Source of the DNA: Candidatus Woesearchaeota archaeon
Lineage (GTDB): Archaea > Nanobdellota > Nanobdellia > Pacearchaeales > GW2011-AR1
Assembly (NCBI GenBank): GCA_964412025.1
Contig: CAYPLY010000003.1
Span: 47,659-111,658 of the forward strand
Length of the DNA stretch: 64,000 bases
Reading direction: 5' to 3'
How positions within the stretch are numbered: position 1 is the stretch's first letter; every line of letters begins with the position of its first letter. The notes below the pieces were generated by a model, which saw only the letters and a list, made by a program, of their open reading frames with translations, searched no databases and was not told the DNA's origin. Shown here piece after piece: positions 20,769 through 29,497 of the stretch. A program made the translations under genes and the position numbers.

Positions 20769-21701
20769 TTAAAATGAAAACTTTGTTGAAGGTCTACAAA
20801 CCTCTTCAATCCCATTACTATCAACAAAATAAACAATCGTTTGAACATTTTTTGGATTTCTAAGATAATCCTCTGAAATTAAAACGTACTTTACAACTTC
20901 TTGAAAATTACTTATATCTCCCTCCATATCTATTACAAAATTTGAAGAGCCACTTTCATTTGTAAATACTAGCTTTACTCCTCCCATCACATCCTCTCCG
21001 GACCCAGATCTTGAAAGCATAACACTAAAGTTATTGGAAATACTACTAACCCCTTTTATACTTACAATAGTACGCCCACATTTTGTTTCAAGAGTTGGTA
21101 TACATTTACTGTTTATACAAGTATATCCCTCCTGAGTACATCCTCCGGCACATTGTTTGCCACATCCATCATCCCCACACTCTGCTCCAGAGGGACAATA
21201 TGAAATACAACTAATAGTTCCAGAAGCACCAAAAACAAATTCATCTCCCATGTTATCTAAATCTCCTTTTTTTATTTGGATATTCCCAATTTTACCCTCT
21301 TTAATCTCGAACTCAAAAACTGGAGTTAAAGAAACTTTTTTCATTCTTGAAACATTTGTAGAATTCATTTTAAAAAGAAATGTCTTTGTTCCCAACTCCT
21401 CTAAGGTTTCATTAATAAGTATTGTCTCTGTATGTTTTCCATCATCCATAACAAACTGCATACCTATAAAATCTCCTTTACCCACATTTCTCTTAACTAT
21501 AACAAGTAAAGAATTATTATCTCTAATCTGAACCTGAGATATCTCCAAATCTAAAGTATATTTACCTAAAGCACTCTGTTCATTACCTTTAACAACAACA
21601 TTTTTAATAACTATAAATGCAATCACTAAAAGCAAAACAAATGCAAACATGAATATTGCGGACGTTTTTGAAAAACCCTCCTTGCTTCCTCTCTTTGACA
21701 T
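20769..21701 (-). CDS. Pilin-like secreted protein, member of a three-gene paralogous family with a shared C-terminal domain
   Basis: Class III-like signal (KEGFSKTSAIFMFAFVLLLV), a Cys-rich central region, and a conserved C-terminal block GGVKLVFTNE...TIVYFVDSNGIEEVC shared with 34769..35353 and 39265..39741. The longest ORF runs to 21773; the likely start is an internal Met. Confidence 0.45.
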   Translation of the reverse strand: MSKRGSKEGFSKTSAIFMFAFVLLLVIAFIVIKNVVVKGNEQSALGKYTLDLEISQVQIRDNNSLLVIVKRNVGKGDFIGMQFVMDDGKHTETILINETLEELGTKTFLFKMNSTNVSRMKKVSLTPVFEFEIKEGKIGNIQIKKGDLDNMGDEFVFGASGTISCISYCPSGAECGDDGCGKQCAGGCTQEGYTCINSKCIPTLETKCGRTIVSIKGVSSISNNFSVMLSRSGSGEDVMGGVKLVFTNESGSSNFVIDMEGDISNFQEVVKYVLISEDYLRNPKNVQTIVYFVDSNGIEEVCRPSTKFSF

Positions 21702-21754
21702 ACAAAGATAAAGATTAAGTATTTTAAAAAGATATTCTAAAGGAAGATTAGTAA

Positions 21755-21807
21755 GGGCGGATGGAGAAACCAAGACACAAGTGTTCGGTTCTCTTATCTA
21801 ACCGAAC
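21755..21807. repeat. tRNA-His 3'-end-like fragment (gggcggatggag) plus hairpin
   Basis: The 12-nt match to the tRNA-His 3' end is followed by GTTCGGTT-n9-AACCGAAC. Confidence 0.4.
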
Positions 21808-22075
21808 CTAAAACAACAAAGCTGAATACAAAGAGAATTAAATCCACCAAAATTACAATTATTGGAAATTTCTTATTTTTATACATAAAAAAATGGATTA
21901 TTGAAAGAATAAATGTTAATGGTATTGAAATTAATATTATCCAAGCAAATGTTCTTATAAGAAGGTATGATGTAAAAAGAATAATAAAATGAATTATTGT
22001 AACAAGAAGCATAATTAAAAAAACAACTCTTAAAGCATACCAAATAAAACCCCTTTTATCCTCTTCCTGTTTCAT
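21794..22075 (-). CDS. Small membrane protein
   Basis: 93 aa with three hydrophobic helices. Confidence 0.35.
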   Translation of the reverse strand: MKQEEDKRGFIWYALRVVFLIMLLVTIIHFIILFTSYLLIRTFAWIILISIPLTFILSIIHFFMYKNKKFPIIVILVDLILFVFSFVVLGSVR

Positions 22076-22117
22076 ATTTTCATTAAAAGAAGATTATTTA
22101 TAAATCTTTTAAAAGGC

Positions 22118-22160
22118 AGGCGGATGGAGTAACCAGTTCAATGATGTTCGGGATGGTTAC
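22118..22160. repeat. Second tRNA-His 3'-end-like fragment (aggcggatggag) plus hairpin
   Basis: Related to 21755..21807 (ggcggatggag-[at]aacca...gttcgg). Followed by GTAACC-n20-GGTTAC. Confidence 0.4.
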
Positions 22161-22786
22161 CTTTTCTTTAGCACAAATGCTAAAATAACAAAACCGATTA
22201 TTATTGCAAATGCAATTATCGAACTTGCTAAAATTAAATGATTAGATTCCTTTTCTAAAGTAACCTCTCCAGTTGCTATTAACTTATTTCCTGGTGGAAT
22301 TTGAATATTTGTTGGTTTAGTTGTCTGGTTTATTTCTTCTTGTTCAACTTGATTTGAAATTTCTTCTAATGCTTCTTGGATTTGATATCTATCACGAGCA
22401 CTCCTCCCAGAATCAACTATAACGTTTATTCCTGTAGATTGTCTTAAATTTTTTCCAAATTCAAAATAATCGAAATCATCATAAGAATATAAGTTTGCTG
22501 TTTCTATTTGAGAATTCCTTATGTATTCATATAAATCGGAAAAATCTCCTGTTGTTCTTTTTAATTGAATAACAATTCCTTGTTTTCCAGAAGGAACAAG
22601 AGCATAGATTATACTTGCTTGGTTAAAGTTTTCAACCTCTCCTGCTTCAATAAAAAAACTATCACTATTAACTTCTTTTGTTATATAGAAAGAACCATAA
22701 GTACCATAAGCACCAACAAATATACTAAAGAATATTATAAATAAAAATAAAACAGATAACCTTAAACTTAATCTCATAAATTTCAT
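22157..22786 (-). CDS. Secreted protein with C-terminal transmembrane anchor
   Basis: Signal peptide, C-terminal hydrophobic helix, then KKR. Confidence 0.4.
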   Translation of the reverse strand: MKFMRLSLRLSVLFLFIIFFSIFVGAYGTYGSFYITKEVNSDSFFIEAGEVENFNQASIIYALVPSGKQGIVIQLKRTTGDFSDLYEYIRNSQIETANLYSYDDFDYFEFGKNLRQSTGINVIVDSGRSARDRYQIQEALEEISNQVEQEEINQTTKPTNIQIPPGNKLIATGEVTLEKESNHLILASSIIAFAIIIGFVILAFVLKKR

Positions 22787-22839
22787 AGTATCAAGTATTA
22801 TTTAAGTTTTAGCGTACTGAACAGAACATCATTGAACAG

Positions 22840-22911
22840 GGCGGATGGAGGGAATCGAACCCTCTCTATACGGACCACAACCGTATGTACTACCGTTATA
22901 CTACAACCGCC
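22840..22911 (-). tRNA. tRNA-His (anticodon GUG) with genomically encoded G-1
   Basis: Hand-folded cloverleaf: G-1 pairs with C73; 7-bp acceptor stem with one U-U mismatch; U8 and A9 present; 4-bp D stem; perfect 5-bp anticodon stem with loop UUGUGGU; T-loop TTCGATT. No CCA is encoded. Confidence 0.8.
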
Positions 22912-23003
22912 AAAATTTTGTGCGGTTATTGAAATGAACCTAAATCCACTCAAAACCACAACCTAAAATTATAAATCAGAAGACTTTTAATTCTTTTTGT
23001 TTA
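22896..23003. repeat. att repeat copy A (about 108 bp) covering the tRNA-His 5' end and upstream region
   Basis: Blocks ttatactacaaccgccaa and agacttttaattctttttgtttag, with a similar spacer (gcggttat...ccacaacctaaaa...ataaatcag), recur at 34100..34207 and partially at 34681..34767. Confidence 0.8.
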
Positions 23004-23160
23004 GTGTTTGATTTATCTTCCTATAAGTTGCTAACACCAAATTAAGAGTTTTCTTTGGATATTTCTTCCACTTTTCATATACTTGCAGTTCATTTAATCC
23101 AAATTCAATGGCATACATACACCAATCTTCTATATCTTTCTTTTTTATTTCCTTAACCAT
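22989..23160 (-). CDS. Small ORF (57 aa) overlapping the att repeat, possible excisionase-like or accessory protein
   Basis: Hand-translated as MVKEIKKKDIEDWCMYAIEFGLNELQVYEKWKKYPKKTLNLVLATYRKINQTLNKKN. Not in the ORF track because it is under 60 aa. Sits at the element edge opposite the integrase. Confidence 0.2.
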
Positions 23161-23224
23161 TTTAATTTATGTTATTGATAGATAGTCAATAAGGTTTTAA
23201 AAGATGAATGTAGGTTAAAACAAT

Positions 23225-24319
23225 ATGGTTGAGATTATTGATTTAAGCAAAGTTGAGAATAAGATTATTTTAGGTGATTGTATTGAGGAATTAAGGAAAT
23301 TTCCAGATGAATCAATAGACCTCATTTTTGCAGACCCACCCTATTTTATGCAAACAGAAGGTGAATTAATAAGACCAGAGGGCTCAAAGTTTGCAGGAGT
23401 AGAAGATGAATGGGATAAGTTTGACGGATATAAGGAATATGACAAATTCTGCTTTGAATGGTTAAAGGAATGTAGAAGAGTGTTAAAAAAGAATGGAACT
23501 ATCTGGGTAATTGGGGCCTTCCAGAATATCTATAGAATGGGTTATATTATGCAAAATTTAGGATATTGGATATTGAATGATGTTGTTTGGTCTAAACCAA
23601 ATGCTGTTCCTAATTTTGGAGGAACAAGATTTCAAAACTCTCACGAAACCATGTTATGGTGTGCTAAAGATAAGAACTCAAAATATACTTTCAATTATAA
23701 AACCATGAAGCATTTAAATGAAGATAAGCAAGATAAGAGTGTTTGGGATATTGGAATCTGTATAGGTAATGAAAGACTAAAAGGAGAAGACGGCAAAAAG
23801 ATGCATTCTACACAAAAGCCGGAGAAATTATTGTATAAAGTGATTTTATCTTCATCTAAACCCGGAGATTTAGTTTTAGACCCGTTTTTTGGAACAGGAA
23901 CGACCGGAGCAGTTGCAAAACTTCTTGGAAGGAAGTATATTGGAATTGAAAGAGATAAAAGTTATGTTTTAATGGCTAGAGAAAGAATAAGCAAAGTAAT
24001 TCCAGATGAAAACGAGATTACAAATTTAGAGTTAGAGGTTAAACCGCCCAAAGTGCCTATGGATGATTTAATTGAAAAAGGAATGTTAAAGGTTGGAGAG
24101 ACTTTATATGATAAAACAAAAAAGCATTCAGCAAAGATATTATTAAACGGACATCTAGATAACGGAAAAGATAAATTATCCATTCATAAAATGGCTGCAA
24201 AATATTCTAAAAAAGAAAATATGAATGGTTGGGATTTTTGGTATGTTGAAAAAGACGGAGAATTAAAAAGCATAAATCAGTTAAGATATGAATATATGAA
24301 TAAATTTATAACTAACTAA
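23225..24319 (+). CDS. Type II DNA N6-adenine methyltransferase, beta class
   Basis: Motif IV DPPY (LIFADPPYFMQTEG) precedes motif I FGTGTTGAVA; this circularly permuted order is typical of beta-class amino-MTases such as M.HinfI and M.RsrI. Confidence 0.85.
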   Translation: MVEIIDLSKVENKIILGDCIEELRKFPDESIDLIFADPPYFMQTEGELIRPEGSKFAGVEDEWDKFDGYKEYDKFCFEWLKECRRVLKKNGTIWVIGAFQNIYRMGYIMQNLGYWILNDVVWSKPNAVPNFGGTRFQNSHETMLWCAKDKNSKYTFNYKTMKHLNEDKQDKSVWDIGICIGNERLKGEDGKKMHSTQKPEKLLYKVILSSSKPGDLVLDPFFGTGTTGAVAKLLGRKYIGIERDKSYVLMARERISKVIPDENEITNLELEVKPPKVPMDDLIEKGMLKVGETLYDKTKKHSAKILLNGHLDNGKDKLSIHKMAAKYSKKENMNGWDFWYVEKDGELKSINQLRYEYMNKFITN

Positions 24320-24334
24320 AACTATTGTGATTCA

Positions 24335-25195
24335 ATGGAATATAAGAGGTTTAAAGAGATATTTAATGAATGTATTTTTGAAGAATCCAAAGCCATTCTT
24401 ATAGAAAAAATATCAAAATACCCTAATAGATATATTGGTTTATTTAGACCAACAAAACCAAAAGCAAAAATCTTGCAAAATCTACTTCAATCACATGAAA
24501 TTAGATTTGGAGAAGCATTTGAGGAAGTTATAGAAGAATACCTAAAGAATTCAGGATTTAATTTATTGCCAAAAAAATATTCTAATGAAGACAACCGCGC
24601 TCTAAATATTGACCAATGCTTCAAAGATGCTAAAAATGTCTTCTTTATAGAGCAAAAAGTAAGAGATGACCATGATTCAACAAAAAAAAGAGGGCAAATA
24701 GATAATTTTGTTAAAAAATTAGAGGTTATGATAAAAGAGCATGGAGAAAAGAAGATAATAGGAATCTTTTATTTTATTGACCCGGAAATAATCAAGAATA
24801 AGAAATATTATCAAGAAGAATTAAACAAGATGCAAAAGGATTATGGTGTAAAACTATACCTCTTTTATGGAAAAGAACTTTTTGAGTTCCTAAAGATTAC
24901 AAAGGTTTGGGATGAAATACTAAAATATCTAGAAGAATGGAAAAAAGATATTCCAGACCTACCAGAGACTAACTTTGATATTGATGCTCAAAGCAGTTTT
25001 GAGGAGATTAGGGATTTAAGCCCTGCAGTTTATAGAGACTTGTTTAAAGATGATGTAATTTTTAATGACATTGTATTAACAATCTTCCCGCAAAAGAAAA
25101 CATTAAAATTGCTCTTAGAATATTTTAAATCTAAATCTAAAGAAATGGTTATTTATTCGACTCTCGCAAAAGAATTAGAGAGAAAATTGGGTTAA
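24335..25195 (+). CDS. Putative type II restriction endonuclease partner of the adjacent methyltransferase
   Basis: Starts 16 nt after the methyltransferase stop on the same strand. Possible PD-(D/E)xK core (NIDQ...FFIEQKVRD). No other motif recognised. Confidence 0.4.
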   Translation: MEYKRFKEIFNECIFEESKAILIEKISKYPNRYIGLFRPTKPKAKILQNLLQSHEIRFGEAFEEVIEEYLKNSGFNLLPKKYSNEDNRALNIDQCFKDAKNVFFIEQKVRDDHDSTKKRGQIDNFVKKLEVMIKEHGEKKIIGIFYFIDPEIIKNKKYYQEELNKMQKDYGVKLYLFYGKELFEFLKITKVWDEILKYLEEWKKDIPDLPETNFDIDAQSSFEEIRDLSPAVYRDLFKDDVIFNDIVLTIFPQKKTLKLLLEYFKSKSKEMVIYSTLAKELERKLG

Positions 25196-25309
25196 ACTTT
25201 TAGGAATGGTGTTTTTTCTTATCCTTTGAAGTAATCACAAGATAAATAATCCAAATTATAAAAGGGATACCTATCCCCAACCACCACCAGATAGAAATTC
25301 CCCAGAGGC

Positions 25310-25804
25310 TCATTTTTTTAATCCCTCTATATTGTTGTTTTTATTATTTTTTAATTCAGATAACCTTTGAAATAAGCGAAGCAATTCTATTTGAACAGAT
25401 ATTTTAAACGTATGAAGCGGATTTTCACCACCCATCTTTTCTCCGTCTTTTGCTGGGTCAATATTATCTATTTGCCAGTCCATAGGTGTTTTTAACATTA
25501 ATTGTTCTATTTTCTTATCATCAATATCTATCTGATGCGCATATGCATTCCTTATTTGCCTAAGTTTATTGAGAATATTATATTCTATCTCTGAGAAGAT
25601 TTTTGTTGCCTTCAATATCTTTAATTTTATATCTTCTGAATTTATTTTATCTAATTCTGTTCCTAATTTTATCCTTAGAAATTCATTTACTAAATATTCA
25701 GAAATGATACCTAAACTTATTATTGTTTTTCTTGTATCTTTACTTTTATCAATTTCAAGAAGCATTTCTACTATATCATTATGTATTTCTTCATCCGTTT
25801 TCAT
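25310..25804 (-). CDS. HEPN-domain protein (Abi-like)
   Basis: Rx4-6H motif in LRQIRNAYAHQ within a helical protein. It is the last gene of a five-gene operon. Confidence 0.5.
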   Translation of the reverse strand: MKTDEEIHNDIVEMLLEIDKSKDTRKTIISLGIISEYLVNEFLRIKLGTELDKINSEDIKLKILKATKIFSEIEYNILNKLRQIRNAYAHQIDIDDKKIEQLMLKTPMDWQIDNIDPAKDGEKMGGENPLHTFKISVQIELLRLFQRLSELKNNKNNNIEGLKK

Positions 25805-25806
25805 TT

Positions 25807-26613
25807 TTATTCATAAAAGATTTTATTTTTATTTTTATCCCACTCTTCATCACCAAAATCGATTAAACCCAATCTCTTTAATCTTGCTTTAATCCCGCCT
25901 TCTTGTCTTTGAAACAAGACTGCAATATCTTCAATAGGAATTCCTCTGCTAAAATGCTCTTTAAGTTTTGCTTCTTCTTCAGAACTCCATTCTTGATAAG
26001 CATGAGGGCTTTCTTTTTTTATTTCTGCAATTCTACTTGCTTCCTTTTCAAAATTTACCTTTCTCTCTTTATTACTCCTCTTTGATTTTCCTTTTTTATA
26101 CCACTGCCTTGCTATACTTTCAAATAAGTCGATAACTTCTTCATTTTCAATATTAAATTTAGTCTTTAGCCATTCTCTAAGGCCAACAATCTTCAATAAA
26201 TCTTCATTATCTAAATAAAAAATATGAAAAACTTCTCTTTCATTCAGACTAACAAAAAAGACTTCTGAATGCTTGTAAATATGCAAACTGCTTAAATCTT
26301 CTTTGTTTAAAATTCCCTTTCTTCTATATTTAATTTCCATAAGATTAACACAACCTCTCTTATCGATTATTGCAAAATCTGGTAACCTTCTAATATAATC
26401 AAGTTCTACATTATCCTCTGATTTCCTATCTATTCTAAAATCTCCACCACAAGTCTTGATGAATTTCTCTATCTGAATTAAAGGTGTTGCTGTATGTTCT
26501 TGACCTATTTTAATAACAAAGAAACCTAAATTGATAAATAACTCTTCAAAAAGCATTTCGGAAATTCTGCCTTTTATTTTGCTATTGACCCAATCTTCAA
26601 CGTCATTCTTCAT
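25807..26613 (-). CDS. PD-(D/E)xK nuclease-fold protein with C-terminal helical domain
   Basis: E...PDFAIID...NLMEIKYRR fits the restriction-endonuclease-like catalytic core. There is a 2-nt gap to the downstream HEPN gene. Confidence 0.4.
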   Translation of the reverse strand: MKNDVEDWVNSKIKGRISEMLFEELFINLGFFVIKIGQEHTATPLIQIEKFIKTCGGDFRIDRKSEDNVELDYIRRLPDFAIIDKRGCVNLMEIKYRRKGILNKEDLSSLHIYKHSEVFFVSLNEREVFHIFYLDNEDLLKIVGLREWLKTKFNIENEEVIDLFESIARQWYKKGKSKRSNKERKVNFEKEASRIAEIKKESPHAYQEWSSEEEAKLKEHFSRGIPIEDIAVLFQRQEGGIKARLKRLGLIDFGDEEWDKNKNKIFYE

Positions 26614-26651
26614 AAAATATCAAAGTGTTCTAAGATTTAAAGATTTGTATC

Positions 26652-26882
26652 TTAAGGTTTCAATATATACTTCCAAGATAAAAAAAGTAATAAAGCGAGT
26701 ATTATAAAAAGAATAATCTTATTTCTAATCAATCTTCTCTTTTCTCTTCTTTCTTCTTCTTTAATATAATGCTCTTCCCATGCTTTTTGAATTTCTTTTT
26801 CTTGTTCTTTTGTTAATTTAGGATTATGTCCCTTATTATAAACAAACTTATGCAAACCGCCCGTGTTTACTTCTTCTGTCAT
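26652..26882 (-). CDS. Small tail-anchored membrane protein
   Basis: 76 aa. Charged N-terminus, then a C-terminal hydrophobic helix (IILFIILALLLFLSW). Confidence 0.35.
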   Translation of the reverse strand: MTEEVNTGGLHKFVYNKGHNPKLTKEQEKEIQKAWEEHYIKEEERREKRRLIRNKIILFIILALLLFLSWKYILKP

Positions 26883-26883
26883 T

Positions 26884-27561
26884 TTATCTAAATATTTTTC
26901 CTTCTATATTTAATCTCCAAACAATATGAACAAGAATTGTTTGAACAATTCCAATCAAAACTAACCCCCATATAAAATAAGTAGTAATATCTCCTACTAA
27001 AAATAAAATAAATTCCATAGTTATAATTTTTTCAATTAGATAAAAAGACAAAAAGAATAAACAACATTGAACAATAACCCAAAATAAAAAGCGCTTATCT
27101 ACTATCCATTTATGATTTAATACTAAAATTTGCATTATCTTACTACAAACTTCTATAATAAATCCGCTTAGGACAACAAACCATATTATTTTCATATCTG
27201 GAACATATATTTTTCTTATAAAGTATGAAACAATTATTCCAATTGTAAACGCAATAAACCAAATAAGATAATCTTTCACAAAACCCTTACTTCTACTTTT
27301 TTCCTTGTGGTGATGAGGAGAGGAATGTTTTTCCCGTTTCTTAAATATCTCTTTTCTAAAAAGGAATAAAACAATAGCCAGAGGTATTATAACCAGAGTA
27401 ATAATCTTTGATGTTTTATAAGAAAAACCTAATGAAGCAAGTAAAATAAAAATAAGCATTCCTACAAAAACAAGTGCAAGGAATTTTAAAGCAATCCATA
27501 ATGTTTCATCTTGTTGGTGTTCTTTCCAAGTTTTTACTATTACTACTTTCTCATTTCCCAT
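26884..27561 (-). CDS. Polytopic membrane protein
   Basis: 225 aa with five or six hydrophobic helices and a His/Lys-rich loop (HSSPHHHKEKSRSK). Confidence 0.45.
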   Translation of the reverse strand: MGNEKVVIVKTWKEHQQDETLWIALKFLALVFVGMLIFILLASLGFSYKTSKIITLVIIPLAIVLFLFRKEIFKKREKHSSPHHHKEKSRSKGFVKDYLIWFIAFTIGIIVSYFIRKIYVPDMKIIWFVVLSGFIIEVCSKIMQILVLNHKWIVDKRFLFWVIVQCCLFFLSFYLIEKIITMEFILFLVGDITTYFIWGLVLIGIVQTILVHIVWRLNIEGKIFR

Positions 27562-27963
27562 TTAAATATCCCAGAGATTTTTTCTTTTTGTATTTCCACC
27601 AAATAAATTAAAAGAATTATCTTGTCTTCGAATACTCTGCCTTGATTTTTTCTTATCTAATTCTCTTGCTTTATCCTCTTTATGTCTTTGAGAATGACAA
27701 TTTGCACAAATTGCTCTTAAGTTATCTGTTGTGCTCTTTCCCCCTTTGCTCACTTCTTTTTTATGGTCGTAGTGAGTAGATAAAGGATTTAGAGGTTTTT
27801 TACATATAGCGCATTTTCCATTCTGCCTTGAAAATACAACATCTTTTTGACTTCTTCCGATAGATTGTCTTTTGAATTTAGCATTTGAATTAGAACCCAC
27901 AGAACCAAAAGCAATTTTGTTCAAGTTGGTTTCAATCCTATTCCCAAAGATGTCCTTAGCCAT
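27562..27963 (-). CDS. HNH endonuclease
   Basis: CAICKK...HYDHKKEVSKGG...NLRAICANCHSQRH is a classic His-Me finger with Zn-binding cysteines. First gene of the operon. Confidence 0.8.
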   Translation of the reverse strand: MAKDIFGNRIETNLNKIAFGSVGSNSNAKFKRQSIGRSQKDVVFSRQNGKCAICKKPLNPLSTHYDHKKEVSKGGKSTTDNLRAICANCHSQRHKEDKARELDKKKSRQSIRRQDNSFNLFGGNTKRKNLWDI

Positions 27964-28464
27964 AATAAATAGAAATAAATGAATTTTATAAACATTGTTA
28001 ATTGTTTACAAATCAACCAATTAATGAACTGCTAAAAACGGGGGGTATAGAACACTAAAGAAAAATAGTGATTAAATGAACGGGGTTAAAAACGTCCGTT
28101 TTTAATTTTGGTATCAAATCACGACAGAATTAAAACCCTATCTCTTTATACTATTCTTTAAAGTTGTCGTAGTATATCTAAAACACGACATAACGCCATG
28201 CTCTTTTAATCTCATCATCAAAGAGTTTCTTTGAAATGTCCGTTTCATTATCAAGTTCTGTTTCTTCCTCTTCTTTCTTCTCTCGCTTTCTAACTTTCTT
28301 TTCTTTCAACTTTTTAATATATTCAGTTATTATTCCTTCTCTCATTTTTCTTTCTCTCTCTTAAAATTTCCTGAAAACATTGATAACAAAATTTTCCACC
28401 AAGAGCCCAAAAAAAATTATTACATTTTGAACAACAAATTTTTTTTAATTTTCTACCGCTCATT

Positions 28465-28677
28465 TTATTTGTAAATTATCTCCCGCCATTTGTTTAATTC
28501 TGCTTCCTGTTTCATCTCTTTTTGTCGATGCTCTGTGATTAACCCGTCAACAAATTTACTCACTTCTCCTTTCGCATGCCTTGATTTAAGATAAATATAA
28601 TTGTCTTGTGAAACACATATTGAAAATATTTTCTTTTTGGTGAGTGCATGAGCAATGATAGTTCTAATTTTTTTCAT
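28465..28677 (-). CDS. Hypothetical small protein
   Basis: 70 aa. Start overlaps the stop of the upstream ORF by 4 nt. Confidence 0.3.
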   Translation of the reverse strand: MKKIRTIIAHALTKKKIFSICVSQDNYIYLKSRHAKGEVSKFVDGLITEHRQKEMKQEAELNKWREIIYK

Positions 28678-28898
28678 CTCACAAACCTCCTATAAGTAAT
28701 AGGGTATAACACATTTAGAGAGGCTGTGGTCTCCGTTTTCAAAGGAAATGCCTTTGGATGCCTTGAGGTTGGGGATAATTCCATCTCCCCAGAGTAATTA
28801 CTTAAACTTACGCAACCATTTTCACTTATTTTACATGTAGAACCTATGTTAACCCATTGTCTGCCTGTAAAATCCAAAAAATTATAAGAAATTATCAT
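28674..28898 (-). CDS. Hypothetical small protein
   Basis: 74 aa. Translationally coupled on both sides. Confidence 0.3.
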   Translation of the reverse strand: MIISYNFLDFTGRQWVNIGSTCKISENGCVSLSNYSGEMELSPTSRHPKAFPLKTETTASLNVLYPITYRRFVR

Positions 28899-29398
28899 TG
28901 ACTTTCCCTCACCGGTTCAAATTTACTTAGCAATACCTTGAAACCATAACATTTCTTCCAATGCCCACACCATTCAATAGCAATTAGGTGATTTCCTGTT
29001 AAAGAATAATCAACACAACCGAGATATTCTAAAGGAACATACTTTCTTATGAATAATTTTTTGAAAGTTCTTCTTTTTTCTTCATCCAAATTTGAAATTG
29101 GAAGATTGTGAATGTGTAAATGTGGAGACTTTCCTTCATGGTCCCAAACTTCAAAGGAGATATTTGCTTTTAATAGGTTTATACCAGTGAAGTTTATTCC
29201 TTCCCATGCTTTGTTCTGGTCATCTGTATCAAATTCAATAACTATTTCATCATTTAGAATTTGTCTTAGGTTGTATTCTGGATTAAACTCTTCATAATCA
29301 ATCCATGCGGTCTTTCCAATCGCAATTTTATAATTTTGTTTCATTTTGTATTTGTCCAGCAGTTCTTTTCTCTTTTTTTCAAGGTATTTGTTATCCAT
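28895..29398 (-). CDS. Archaeo-eukaryotic primase-like primase-polymerase (PrimPol) domain protein
   Basis: EFDTDD (DxD), GKSPHLHIHN (sGxxxHxH-like) and VDYSLTGNHLIAIEW resemble AEP motifs I-III. The longest ORF starts at 29443 inside a tandem repeat; the Met at 29398 is the more likely start. Confidence 0.4.
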   Translation of the reverse strand: MDNKYLEKKRKELLDKYKMKQNYKIAIGKTAWIDYEEFNPEYNLRQILNDEIVIEFDTDDQNKAWEGINFTGINLLKANISFEVWDHEGKSPHLHIHNLPISNLDEEKRRTFKKLFIRKYVPLEYLGCVDYSLTGNHLIAIEWCGHWKKCYGFKVLLSKFEPVRESQ

Positions 29399-29497
29399 CT
29401 TAGTTAGTTTAGTTAGTTTAGTTAGTCCAATTAAACTAATCAAACTTCAGGGTGAGTTAGTTTAGTAGTTTATTATTCTATAGAATAAACTATTAAA
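29399..29497. repeat. Tandem tagttagtt-type repeats (iteron-like), candidate replication origin of the element
   Basis: cttagttagtttagttagtttagttagtcc ... gagttagtttagtagttt lies between the PrimPol-like gene and the helicase-like gene. Confidence 0.45.

Noticed and set aside
28177-28463. Apparent 94-aa minus-strand ORF in the 28.0-28.5 kb intergenic region
   Set aside because: Careful recounting of the homopolymer runs shows a frame break. Only ORFs of about 46 and 55 aa remain, both low-complexity and K/E-rich, so neither was called.
29399-29443. LTKLTKLTK N-terminus of the PrimPol-like ORF
   Set aside because: It comes from translating the tagttagtt tandem DNA repeat. It is more likely non-coding origin sequence, with the true start at the Met at 29398.
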